Shown: in pieces, positions 1 to 12,143 of the stretch
Layout of the letters: each line of letters opens with the position of its first letter
Position numbering within the stretch: the first letter of the stretch is position 1
Assembly (NCBI GenBank): GCA_964016885.1
Contig: OZ024753.1
Span: 2,604,001 to 2,668,000, forward strand
Reading direction: 5' to 3'
Length of the DNA stretch: 64,000 nucleotides
From: Eledone cirrhosa
Lineage: Eukaryota
Translations under genes and position numbers: made by a program
The notes under the pieces: generated by a model
What the model was told of the DNA's origin: nothing
What the model saw: only the letters and a program-made list of their open reading frames with translations
The model's database searches: none

Positions 1-308
1 GGTGTGGAAATTGATTGTATTTCTAGGAGAAACTTTTGAAAAATTAGTGAGGAACTGTTAGAAACAAATAGAATCAGCCAAGAAAATATTAAAAACAAAA
101 TGTGTTGAATGTACTAGTGAAATTCCGTTATAATGAAATTCTAGGGTATAAAAAGATTTGTTGTAAAGAAAAATTCTGTATAATGAGATTGACCGAAATA
201 AACCAAGCATTTGTTTGTTTTAATAAGCTTGTGGCCATGGATTGAAAAACATTTCATTATACTGAAAAATTCGTTATAATGGTATTGGTTATAATGGAAT
301 TTTACCTG
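1..308. mobile_element. Right end of a pogo/Tigger-like DNA transposon or MITE
   Basis: Repeated CGTTATAA(T)G motifs (126-135, 272-281, variant 287-296) ending in TTTTACCTG followed by TA, resembling Tigger-type TIRs; left end lies outside the window. Confidence 0.55.
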
Positions 309-470
309 TATCACTCTGTTTTGAAATTGGAGAATTATAATTTTTTTTTTAATAGAAATAGAAACTTTTGGAAATTTCTTTAGTCATAAAATACGGCGAA
401 AACTTCTATTTCTATTTCGAACTCGCTTGCTGTTTCAAAACAAAGTTACTTATAATTTTTCTTATTTTAG

Positions 471-585
471 GTGCAGGAATGGACTTGCAAACATTTGCAT
501 TGTACAAAACAATGCATCAAAGCTATCCTTGGATATTAAATATGATGTTACTGTAAAGTACATGCTTCAGATGGGGAGTGTATGA
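471..585 (+). CDS. Candidate terminal coding exon of an unidentified host gene (CRNGLANICIVQNNASKLSLDIKYDVTVKYMLQMGSV*)
   Basis: Strong polypyrimidine acceptor TTTTTCTTATTTTAG ending at 470; open frame to TGA 583-585; AATAAA at 654-659. Protein not recognised. Confidence 0.3.
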
Positions 586-1012
586 AATTCATGAATGGAA
601 ATGGGCTAGTATTAACTTGGTGAGCCCACATTGTGTATTAACTAACAATGGAAAATAAAGTACAGCTACTCTATATATCTGTAATCATTGAATGCAAACA
701 GTATGGATAGGAATTTTTTAATGATAAGAAACAGGAATGAAACTACAGTATTCTTTGTCATATTTGGTAACACTACAGTTAACTTCCCAGGAAATAGTAA
801 TGTTAGTGTGAAAGCAACTAAACAAAAAAGTCAACATTTCACAGTAACTTAAGCAAGCTTAAAAATGAAAGCATTGGCAATATTTAAAGTACAAACTACG
901 CCAAAAGAAATATTTCCAAGTAGTCTGTTTGTTAATGTTCCACTCCATAGGAATAGATGGAAAACATATACATGCATATTTGCCTGAATGAAACACATTG
1001 ATCTCTCCTTAA

Positions 1013-1216
1013 CCTTTTAATGTTCAAACTGGCCAGAATTCTCTACCTCTTTCTGTTGACACTGGCTGTAACTGGTCGCTCAAACCGATGTTAAGGTAAT
1101 GTTCTCAAAATAAATTCTTTCAAAGTCTCATAGATTCGATATTATGTGAGATAATAATGTGAGGTAAAGCCATGAAAAAATAATAGTATATATAGAGTAA
1201 TGTGAATGCTAAAGGG
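1013..1216 (+). mobile_element. piggyBac-type MITE family 1, copy 1
   Basis: TTAA at both flanks; right end AATGCTAAAGGG; internal sequence shared with five other copies. Confidence 0.85.
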
Positions 1217-1500
1217 TTAAGCTAACTCTATTACAAATATGGGACCAGTTTCCTTGACATGTGTGTGATTTAACTGAGATGAAATTAGGACAAATGAAAA
1301 CAAAGCAGGCAGTGAATCTTGAGGTTGTATGTTATTACCACAGACATTAGATATTTCACAATATAAACTAGATATAAAGATTATGGCAAAAAAGCAAACT
1401 ACCTGAAAACAAGGAAGTTATATGTGAGATGCAGAAACACAAAAGTTAAATATTATTGTATTATAATATTTAACTTTTGTGTTTCAAAGCTGCGGTTAAC

Positions 1501-1600
1501 CAGCGAGGTTAACATTGCCTTTCATCCTTACGGGCTCGATAAAATAAAGTACCAGTAATGCACTGGGATAATTGCTGGCCTTGTGCCAAAAGTAGAAACA
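1501..1600 (+). mobile_element. SINE group B, 5'-truncated
   Basis: GCCTTTCATCCTTACGGG..GATAAAATAAAGTACCAG..GCTGGCCTTGTGCCAAAAGTAGAAAC, matching the copy at 31532. Confidence 0.8.
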
Positions 1601-2026
1601 ATTATTGTATTATAATACAAAGTAGAAAATAGCCATCAGAAAATATTTCAAGTAAAATGGCGACAAAATCTTAAATGCACACATATACACGTACATATGA
1701 GTGCACAGGTGAAAATTCAGAATACCAAGTCTTACTATTTAGCCTTAAAAAAAATATTTAAACTCTTGTTCAGTATTGAGCACTCATTCTCATGCCTAGC
1801 AATAACATGCATGTGTGTACACATATATATATATATACATATATATAATGTGTGTGTGTGTGTGTGTGCATGTATATGCGTGTTTATATATGTATATGCG
1901 TGTTTATATATGTATATGCATGTTTATATATATATATACAGTAATAATAATAAATTTGAAGATCAAAATCCAAAGAGGGCTCGATACGGATAAATATATA
2001 ACAAATATATAAGGACCGTAGTGCAA

Positions 2027-2108
2027 ATATTTATTAAAATAACAGATTAAAGTTTAAGCAAAGAATCGATTCTTTACTTAAACTTTAATCTGTTATTTTA
2101 ATAAATAT
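2027..2108. repeat. 82-bp near-perfect palindrome
   Basis: Arms meet at ATC|GAT (2067/2068); one mismatch. Confidence 0.9.
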
Positions 2109-2113
2109 ATATA

Positions 2114-2496
2114 TATAAACGTTTGTATATGTATAATAAAGCCAAAAAAATGCAGGTATGGACATAGAATAAAGAATGCAAATGCAAAAGATATTGTTGA
2201 CAATTAGTCCTTTACCTTAGATTTATTTAAATGTCCTAAATGACCTTCTTTAACTTTCAAGATAATATCTCTTCTTCAAGTCATCATGACTTGGCAAGCT
2301 ATTTAGAACACTGGTTTAACCACTTTACTTCCCTCTGAAGAAGAGATATTATCTCGAAAGTTAAGGACATTTAGGACATTTAAATAAATCTAAGGTAAAA
2401 GACTAATTGTCAACAATATCTTTTGCATTTGCATTCTTTATTCTATGTCCATACCTGCATTGTTTTGGCTTTATTATACATATACAAACGTTTATA
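2114..2496. repeat. Inverted repeat with ~165-bp arms containing a hammerhead core
   Basis: 2114-2278 is the reverse complement of 2336-2496 with few differences; CTGAAGA-a-GAGAT-att-ATCTC-GAAA at 2335-2359. Confidence 0.9.
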
Positions 2497-2564
2497 CCTC
2501 ATTACACAATGCTTCAAGTGAACTATAACTTCCTCCATATATATACATATCATCATCATCATCT

Positions 2565-2829
2565 GGTTGGTGTCGGGTAGGGCATCCAGCTCCAGAAAGC
2601 TTGACAAACAAAAGGATGAGAGGACCCTCCCCAGTTGTGTCAAAGACATGACAATCTCTAGTGCTGGTGCCATGATAAAATACACTTGGTATAAAGTGAA
2701 ACTATATGTAAGCAAGATGCAAACTCCCTGCCTGTTTGGGAGGTCAGTTGCCCTGCTTCAGTACAGAGCCTGTCTGTAAAGACCCGACCAAACCTTGCTA
2801 TCAGGGAAAGTGGACGTTAAATGATGATT
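2565..2829 (+). mobile_element. Old RTE-type 3' tail fragment
   Basis: GGTTGGTG..GGGCATCCAGC motif and terminal GGAAAGTGGACGTTAAATGATGAT shared with other RTE tails. Confidence 0.6.
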
Positions 2830-2888
2830 ATATATGTAAACAAAGCTAATTTTCAAAACAAAACAAAACTATGTTAAGCTCTCTATCT

Positions 2889-3850
<962 letters not shown>

Positions 3851-4846
3851 ACAAGTATGTTATTGACAGTGTTTAAATACTCTTTTTTATGGCTAGGTGG
3901 TGAGAGTTGTTACTGTGGGGTGTCACCTGTGCACTCACATGATCATTAGACAACACTAAATTATCAATAAGGTAAATAGAGGAAAACTTTGGGTTGGGGG
4001 GGGAATAGGTGTCTTGGAATGGGTGTCTGGGGAAGGTGGTTAACAGGGATGATGCTTACACCAATAGAGAGGATACGAAAGATGAGATAGAGGGGAGGTA
4101 TAAAACAAAAAAGGAATAAGGAAGTAAAAAGAAATAAAAGGAAGGTATTGATATGGTATATACGATGATGATGATAAATTTAAAAAAGGACTTAGTAAAA
4201 CTAGCATACGGTTTTAAGGTGATGATGATGATGAATAGATGAATAGAAAATATCTTAAGTGTGTAGAGGTGAGTGTGTATCAATTGATGGAGGTGTATTT
4301 AGTGGATAATGGAATTATTCGACAAAGCAATGGATATGGTATGTATGATGATGGTAAAATTAAAAGTAGGAATGAGTAAAATTAGCAAAGAAACATTGAA
4401 ATAGTAATGACATTCGTATTGTGATAATGGATGGCATGAATTAAAGAAAAGAAATCTAAGTGTGCAAGCACACACACACAAAATAAAAGAGTTCCAGATA
4501 TTTAAATGCAAACACACACACATATATATATATATATATGACCATATATAATTCACCACATAAAATTGGGTTGTATATCTTTACTTTTGTTATATATATA
4601 TATATATGAATAAATTTAGTCCTTCATCAGTGATCTTCCAACCTTCATTGGTATTTCATCACTTTAAAGACCATATACCTCCAGTTGGTGCGAGCAACGG
4701 CTAAAGAAAGTCGTTGGGACACGTAAATAAGGGGAACGAGCGAGACTGTAAACAATCAAAGATGGTAATGCAACAAAAAGTGAGGAAGAAGAAGTCAAGT
4801 CCCAGAAATCGATGAATATATGTTCTCTATATATATATAGGCGTTC

Positions 4847-4883
<37 letters not shown>

Positions 4884-4889
4884 AAAGAA

Positions 4890-5170
4890 CATGAATGGCC
4901 ATAGGATTTGTACCTAGTAAGTTGCCCTCTGAGGTACAAGTATGTTCATGAATACCAGTATCCCCTCTCAATGCTACCAATGTGGTCCAAGGGGAAGGTA
5001 ACGGCTGATACAACTTGGCACCAGAGATGTCGCAACTCATTTCCACAGCTGAGTAAACTGGAGTAACATGAAATAAAGAGTTTTGCTCAAGGACACAACA
5101 CAAAGCTGGTCAGAGAATTGAACTCACAACCTCATGATTGTAAGCCCAATGCTCTAACCACTAAGCCATA
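4890..5170 (-). mobile_element. tRNA-derived CORE-type SINE (group A, tail type 1)
   Basis: Minus strand has A box TGGCTTAGTGG, B-box-like GAGTTCAATTC and CORE-like TGTGTCCTTGAGCAA..ACTCAGCTG. Confidence 0.8.
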
Positions 5171-5736
5171 TATACACATATACAGATATATATATAAATA
5201 CACATATATATAAATACATATATAAATTTATATGTATGCATACATATATCATGCATATATAAATGTATACAATACGGCTCGGAAAAATCTCTTTCCTAGA
5301 GCTATTTTATTGTAAGAGACTATTTTGAGTTTCTAACTCAATATATACCTTTGATACATATATATATATATATTCATTTATATATATATAAATACATATA
5401 TAAATTTATATGTATGCATACATATATCCTGTATATATAAATGTATACATATTTATATATATACATATGTGTGTACATATATATATGTTTATATGTATCA
5501 TCATTGGCGTTTAACTTCAATTTTTCATGCTTGCATATGTTAGATAGGTTGTCACATTATGAGAAAATTCAGGTCAGGAGACCATGAGTTTCTCCTATGT
5601 ATCTACAGTTCGGCTTGGTTTCTCTAGATTTTCTTCCTGATGCTGTGGCATGACAATGATCACCTAACAGGCTGGACTGGGTGCTTTTTTATTGTGTCAC
5701 CTGCATAACCTCTTTACAGTGTTCACAGGTGTCAGC

Positions 5737-5771
<35 letters not shown>

Positions 5772-5777
<6 letters not shown>

Positions 5778-5929
5778 TATGAAGAGAGAAGAAACATTTA
5801 GATATAATTAGTAATAAAATGTATCATACCTAAACTGTTCCTAAATTCCTAGGAATTTAGGAACAGTTTAGGTATGATACATTTTATTACTAATTATATC
5901 TTAATGTTTCTTCTCTCTTCATAATGTAT
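5772..5929. repeat. 158-bp spacerless palindrome abutting (TA)n
   Basis: Centre CCT|AGG at 5850/5851; one mismatch between arms. Confidence 0.93.
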
Positions 5930-6199
5930 TTTTAACTCTGATACTGGTTCAGTCTGGTTCAAACTGAATTGGTCTGTCCCAGTCATTCATTGAGCAACAT
6001 CGGTGAAGTTGGCACCCTTAACTCACAGTTGGGTGTGGATGCGTTCATGTATATATGTGTGCGTCCGCATGTATCTGTGTGTTTCTAAATATATATATAT
6101 ATATATATACGATATTAATAAATGGAAACTATATTTATAAAACCATATTTAGACAGCCTCCAAAAGTAATGGTTGTATTTTAAAACTGTTATATATTGT

Positions 6200-6260
6200 A
6201 TTTTGTCTGATGAAGGCATACCATAATTTAATGTGGTATCCCTGAAATATGTATAATGAA
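6200..6260 (+). ncRNA. Degenerate type I hammerhead motif
   Basis: CTGATGA (6207-6213), stem II AGGcATACCATA/TGTGGTATcCCT, GAAA (6244-6247), then tatg-TA; stem I weak. Lies within 26-bp inverted repeats 6126-6151/6262-6287. Confidence 0.6.
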
Positions 6261-6383
6261 ATAAATATGGTTTTATAAATATAGTTTATATATATATATG
6301 ATGTATTTCCGTAGGAAGCGTAAAAGAAAGGGGAGTGCTCTATGTATGTTACAGAGCTATTTAATTATGTAATAAACAGCATC

Positions 6384-6564
6384 AGACAATTATTCCATTT
6401 ACCAAAGGTTTCACGAAGACAGACAAGCTCAACAGAGATGTCTGAAATCTCTCATCCGAATGAAAATATTTTATGAATCTAATTTCATTCTGATGAGAGA
6501 TTTCAGACGTCTCTGTTGAGCTTGTCTGTCTTTGTGAAACCTTTGGTAAATGGAATAATTGTCT
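6384..6564. repeat. Inverted repeat, ~82-bp arms
   Basis: 6384-6465 is the reverse complement of 6483-6564 with ~3 substitutions. Confidence 0.92.
6483..6555 (+). ncRNA. Type I hammerhead motif with long stem II
   Basis: Stem I TTTCATT/AATGGAA, CTGATGA, 39-nt stem II region, GAAA-CC-ttt-GG-TA (GUA site). Confidence 0.65.
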
Positions 6565-6587
6565 TATGTTGTTTATTAGATATATGG

Positions 6588-6967
6588 AGGCACATGGGTT
6601 AGTGGTTAGAGCATTGGCCTTGCAATCAAAAGGTTGTGAGTTCAATTCTCAGACCGGGTGATGTGTTGTTTTCTTGAGCAAGACACTTTATTTCACATTG
6701 CTCCAGTTTACTCAGCTGTAGAAATGAGATGATAGGGACTGGGGTCCCTATCATTCCACTGCAAAGTGGAGATACCACGGCAAAAATGCACCCAGCCCAC
6801 ACTGTAAAGTGGACGTGTAGCTCCCACAGAAAAAAAGCACCCAGCACTCACTGTAAATGAGGTTGGTGTTAGGAAGGGCATCCAGCTGTAGAAATCAAGC
6901 CAGAATCAGTTCCCGTCCCACCCTTGCAAGCAGGGAAAAGCAGACGTAAAATGATGATGATGATGAT
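6588..6967 (+). mobile_element. Full-length CORE-type SINE with RTE-derived 3' tail (group A, tail type 2)
   Basis: tRNA-like head, CORE-like body, RTE 3'UTR motifs and (GAT)n tail; near-identical to 25641-26020 on the minus strand. Confidence 0.88.
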
Positions 6968-7229
6968 ATATATATATATTGTGTATTTTTGCATTCCTGT
7001 GTTTGTTTTGTTATATATATATCTGTATATATATTTGAGTGTATAGTGACTGCTTCAGATATTTCGACTTGTGTTTATGTAGTGAATTACAACTTCAATT
7101 TATACTACTTTAGATAATAATACTTTTCTAGTTTTAATTTATTTATGAGAACTAGTTTGAATTCTGCATGAATATCTTTTTGTTTTTGTTTTGTTTTATT
7201 CATACCACTTATTCTCACTTCGATAATGC

Positions 7230-7850
7230 TAAGTGGCCTTCCTCATTTAAGGCCTTGTGATACAACAAAACAATAGAACTGCTATAGAAGCTATACATGT
7301 TATATATATGAATAATCACATATTTAGAAGACAGTGGTGGAATCTAAAAACTGAATTGTATGCCCTGTTATTATTAGACTAATACTGTAGTTGAAGATAC
7401 ATCAACAAGCTATCCATAAGGAGGGTGTTTGCAATAGCAAAACAAGGGTCTGAACATAAAACTGGCAGACTGAGGACCCCTCCCGAGGAGATTATACTTC
7501 AAATCCTGACCTCTATACAATGATATATGTACATGTTCTAGCTACACCAACAAAAATGTACAAATGTGAATCACAATATATATAGTGAATAGGGTCACAT
7601 GAAGATGATGTGGTTGCTCATATATTGGAAGTATTGCCTGGATATTACACATACACACCAAAGAGCACATGACTATGAGAGCTTTCTCTGTCAAAAAACA
7701 CCAATATGAATGTCACAACAGAAAAATTGAAGTTACCATAGAAGTGATGGAGAGAAATGTGGCAAATTTCCAAATTACGGAAGCTTGAATTATAAACACA
7801 TAGACCACATATAAACAATACAACAGAGCTAGATAGAGCAGAGTAGCAAC
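7230..7850 (+). pseudogene. Decayed Penelope-like element, GIY-YIG end
   Basis: Broken translation includes YKCESQYI..IG..H and IEVTIEVMERNVANFQITEA*IINTHRPHIN, matching the GIY-YIG C-terminal E-A-x-x-I..P.IN pattern. Confidence 0.55.
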
Positions 7851-8132
7851 ATTGCTGTTCGTACACAAGCATCGTACAATCTGTCTTTTATTTTGAGAGA
7901 AAAAACGTTTGTAGCTAGCCGTAGTAGTAGCTCCCTGAACTTTTTCCATCCGGTTATCATTCGGGCTACATTATATTCAGAAAACCTACCTCCACTCTAT
8001 ATAGATATAAATGAATAAATAAATAAATATATATATATATATATATATATTTATCCCGGGTTCAATCGGGGGGTAACCACAGTAAGTAAGGTACTCAATA
8101 CATAGTAGATTATAAATATTTAATATAGAAAT

Positions 8133-8183
8133 GGCTTCTACAGGACTAGAACTCTTTCATTCGGGAGAAATTATCAGGAAGCC
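8133..8183 (-). ncRNA. Type I hammerhead motif (G8A mutated), same family as 36281
   Basis: GGCTTC-CTGATAA-tTTCtcccGAAt-GAAA-gAG-ttctagtc-CTG-TA-GAAGCC. Confidence 0.7.
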
Positions 8184-8389
8184 GATATATATATACATAT
8201 ATAAACCCATGGTAGCGTGGAAGATAGACGTTAAATGATGATGATGATGATGATGATGATATATATATATATAAGACAAAGCAAATTTTTTAATAAAGAG
8301 AGAGTATAGAGAAAAACTCAAGATTGGAGGGGTGGTGGCTGGAATGAAAATGAAGGGCTATGAAAATATAAATGCAAAGAAAGAAATAT

Positions 8390-8697
8390 GCATAGGTTTG
8401 TGGTGAGGGCATTCAGCTCAAAATCGTAAGGTCATGAGTTCCTTTCTGGCGATGAATTGTGTCCTTTAGTAAGACACTATATTTCAGGTGGCTGAAGTCT
8501 ACTCAGCTGTCAAAAATGAGTTGTACCTGTAATTCGAAGGTCCAACTTTATCACATCTTGTGTCATGCTGAATCTCCCAGAGGACTACATTAAGGGGTTG
8601 TGTGTCTGTGGAATGTTCAGCCACTTGCACATTGATTTCACGAGCAGGCTGTTCCATTGATTGGATCAAATGGAACACTTGTAACAGATGGAGTAGC
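8390..8697 (+). mobile_element. CORE-type SINE (group A, tail type 3), diverged
   Basis: Degenerate tRNA head, TGTGTCCTTTAGTAAGACACT..ACTCAGCTG; tail homologous to ~51265-51500. Confidence 0.7.
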
Positions 8698-8754
8698 AGT
8701 TATATATATATATGTATGTATAAATATGTACGTGTATATATATATATATATGCA

Positions 8755-8888
8755 GCACTCACTGTAAACGAGGTTGGTGTTAGGAAGGGCATCCAGCTGT
8801 AGAAATCAAACCAGAATCAGTTCCCGTCCCACCCTTGCAAGCAGGGAAAAAGTGGACGTAAAATGAAATGATGATGATGATGATGATG
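8755..8888 (+). mobile_element. RTE/SINE 3' tail fragment
   Basis: Near-identical to 6843-6967; (GAT)n tail. Confidence 0.85.
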
Positions 8889-9181
8889 CTTCTGAGGGAG
8901 TCGTAGTGGCTCCGTATTGACATACAACATTTCTAGGGCATTCTAAAAACTGGCAGAGCCCAATCCTCTCCATGTTTGAATACAGCAGATTTCTTCCAGA
9001 GAAGGAAAGAGAGAGTGAGAGAATGGAAGTGAGAAAGTGATATAGAGGATGAATCGACCCCTTTACTAGACTAGCAGCGAGACAGTTGCTTCTGACAGGA
9101 CCCGCTGGAAGGAGTGTTTAAGGACTCTGCCCCTATGACCCTCTCACGAATAAGTGCATGAAGAAGAGAAAAAAATATGTG

Positions 9182-9212
<31 letters not shown>

Positions 9213-9296
9213 ATATATATATATATAGAGATATATATATGTGTGTGTGTGTGTGTGAATGTATATATATGTATATATATATATATACTATGTTAA

Positions 9297-9517
9297 CCCT
9301 TTAGCATTTAAACTGGCCATATCTGGCCAGAATTCTCTCACCTTTTTTGGTTCAAATTGGCCATAACTTGCCCCTCATACCAACTTTAAGGTATTGTTCT
9401 CAAAATAAATGATATCAAAATCTCATAAATTCGATATTATATGAGATAATTATGTAAAGTAAAGCCTTTACTGTGAAAATCCAATAGTATATATAGAGTA
9501 ATGTAAATGCTAAAGGG
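9297..9517 (+). mobile_element. piggyBac-type MITE family 1, copy 2
   Basis: TTAA-CCCTTTAGCATTTA ... TAAATGCTAAAGGG-TTAT. Confidence 0.9.
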
Positions 9518-9909
9518 TTATATTAGTTACTGTTTACATATTTTATATATTTTATTTGCAATAGCATCTGATGTTATTATAACTGAGTCTCACTGAAAGG
9601 CATTCTCTAAAAATCAAACACGATTTGAAAGACAATATTATGTTTTGATGTATTTGAAACACTAACTTTCAAACTTTGAAATAACACAGTTCACTTACAT
9701 TGCAAATAATGGTTTAGTAACTAGCATTATCTATGTTATTTGTAGACACTTGGAATAAGGTTATTAGAATGATTGTATTATGAGCCTATCCTTTTCTTTG
9801 AACTATGAAAATATAGAAAAACAGGTTTTTTAGTGCATCACTTGTCAAATCAAATGTAATTTATTATTGCTTCAACTGGTTTTATTATTGTGGTTCCTCA
9901 TTAGTTTAA

Positions 9910-10134
9910 CCCTTTAGCATTTAACCCGGCCATATCCAGCCAGAACTCTCTCACCTCTCTCTGTTCAAACCGGCTGTAACTGGCTGCTCATACCTACGTT
10001 AAGGTATTGTTTTCAAAATAAATAACGTCAAAATCTCACAGCTTCAATATTATGTGAGATAATTATGTAAGATAAAACCTTTACTATTAAAATACAATAG
10101 TATATATATATAGAGTAATATAAATACTAAAGGG
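9910..10134 (+). mobile_element. piggyBac-type MITE family 1, copy 3
   Basis: TTAA target duplication on both sides; CCCTTTAG TIR. Confidence 0.9.
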
Positions 10135-10138
10135 TTAA

Positions 10139-11085
10139 GGCAGTATCGGTAGAGCATTGGACAACATGCTTTGGAGCATAGAGTCATGGCTCTTTACGTT
10201 CTGGGTTCAAATCCTGCCGAGCTTAAGCTTTGCCGTTCATTCTTATGGGGTTGATAAAATAAAGCACCAGTAACACACTGGGTTGATGTAAGTGACTTTC
10301 CCCTACCCCCAAAATATTATTGGCCATGTGCCTAAATCAGAACCATTGTTGTGGCTTCTAATTTAGGACCAAGGCCAGCATATTTGGGAGAAAAGGGAAA
10401 GTTGATTAAATCAATGAAATACTTGACTCTTACTTTATTTCATCAACCAGAGAAGGATGAAAGGCAAAGTTGAACTCAGCAGGATTTCAACACAGAATGT
10501 AAAGAGTCAGAAGAAACATCACAGTGGCATTTTATTTGCTGCTCTACCAATTCTACCAATTCGCTTCCATATTGACTCGTGTTCATCGAAAGAGATCTTT
10601 ATTATTAGTATTATTATTATTATTATTGTTATTGGCAGTATTGCTAGAACGTCTGACAACTTGCTTCACATCATAGAGTTATGGCCCTTTATGTTCTGAG
10701 TTCAAATCCTGCCGAGGTTAGTTTTGCCTTTCATCCTTATGGGGTCGGTAAAATAAAGCACCAGTAATGCACTGGGGTTGATTTAATCGACTTTCCCCGC
10801 CTCCAAAATTGCTGGCTTTGTGCCTAAAGTAGAAACAATTGTTAATATTATTATGGCAGTGGATTGGCAGAGTTTTTAGAGAATCAGAGAAAATGCTTAA
10901 TCATATTTAGTTACAATTTTCTGTGTTCTAAGTTCAAATCCAGCCAAGTTCAACTTTGCCTTTTGTTCTTTTGGTGTTGATAAAATAAAGTACCAGTAGC
11001 ACACTGGGGTCAATTTAATCGACCCCCCCCCCCAAAAAAAAAAATTGTTGGCCTTGTGCCTAAAGCCTAAATCAGAAATCATTAT
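10139..11085. mobile_element. Cluster of four group B SINEs (+,-,+,+)
   Basis: Copies at about 10139-10345(+), 10355-10570(-), 10634-10840(+) and 10855-11080(+); B box GTTCAAATCC and GCCTTTCATCC..GATAAAATAAAG body. Confidence 0.85.
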
Positions 11086-11254
11086 TATTAAATTTATTTC
11101 AGTGCTCTAATCCTTGAAATGATACAATAAAAACATATGTTGCTGTTATGTATATACAATTTTTAAAAGAACATGCTACTACAATCAAGTTGGTATACTT
11201 AGTAAACCTATATGAACTCGTAACAGTCTAGAGCCACCTGCCTGCTCACCACCA

Positions 11255-11375
11255 TCGGCACAGAGTTGGCTACCTGCAGATGTGAGCATTGCGAGCTGGG
11301 ATGGCTTTTCCAGTGCGTCTCTCCCACCAAACCTCCAGGGAAACACCTTCTCTATTCTGTCCACTAGGGCCGCTA
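11255..11375 (+). pseudogene. CRE-clade non-LTR retrotransposon 3' ORF fragment
   Basis: Translates GTELATCRCEHCELGWLFQCVS/..LQGNTFSILS (one frameshift), resembling the CRE C-terminal WLFQRISxAxQRGNAxxIL motif; homologous to 13760-13880. Confidence 0.6.
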
Positions 11376-12143
11376 GCATGTGTGCCTTCATTTGCTCATA
11401 ACAGTGAGAGATGGAGGCAGTGACAGTTGGAGTTTGGTTCTTTTGTATTTGGACCTGGTGTATATATGTGTAGATAAGAGAGAATGAGACTATGTAGACC
11501 TTACGATTGTGGGCTGAATACCATAACCACAAAGCCATGCAACTGCACCAAAACTCAAGATAAATCAGGATAACCATAGTCTTTATAGCAACTAATTTAA
11601 AAAGTTCAGCAAACAATTTTTTCTATGTCATTTTCTTTCTCTGGTTTGCTTTCATGCATTTTTGTTTACATCTTAACTTTGCTTTATAATGACCTATATA
11701 TATATACCATATGATAAAAAGGGCAAGATACTCATTAATAAAGGTAATAATTGAAATTTCATATTATGTTGATTTGTTTACTAATATGATTGTGGCATCG
11801 AAACATGTTTGAGATAAATTTGTATAACACTTCGTTTGCAGTAGTATTATAAAGAACCAAAAATGCAAACCAATTAATAAACAACTCCATTAACTTTTAT
11901 AGTTCAATATATACATAAATTTCTTTTATGTATCTAATTATCACTTGAAAATAAGGAGCATATATGAAATTCTTAAACCTTTCAATGATGACAGAATTAC
12001 TAATGTTAAAATGTGAATTGAATGATGTTTTAGTATTATAGATCTGTTCTATTGAAGCAGAACTGACTGCTACAACAGTGGCATTATAACAAACCAAAGA
12101 CACTAGCTTTAATATTATTTAAGGATTGTGATGGTGAGTGGAA

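Noticed and set aside
5930-6010. Hammerhead on the minus strand next to the 5772 palindrome
   Set aside because: Core too degenerate (CTCAATGA, no GAAA) to call.
6588-6660. tRNA genes at SINE heads (also 47723, 31532)
   Set aside because: A/B boxes continue into SINE bodies; no complete cloverleaf acceptor stem.
11185-11616. 143-aa minus-strand ORF that looks like a host exon
   Set aside because: Synonymous-site pattern versus 13760-13880 indicates the plus strand was coding and matches a CRE retrotransposon C-terminus.
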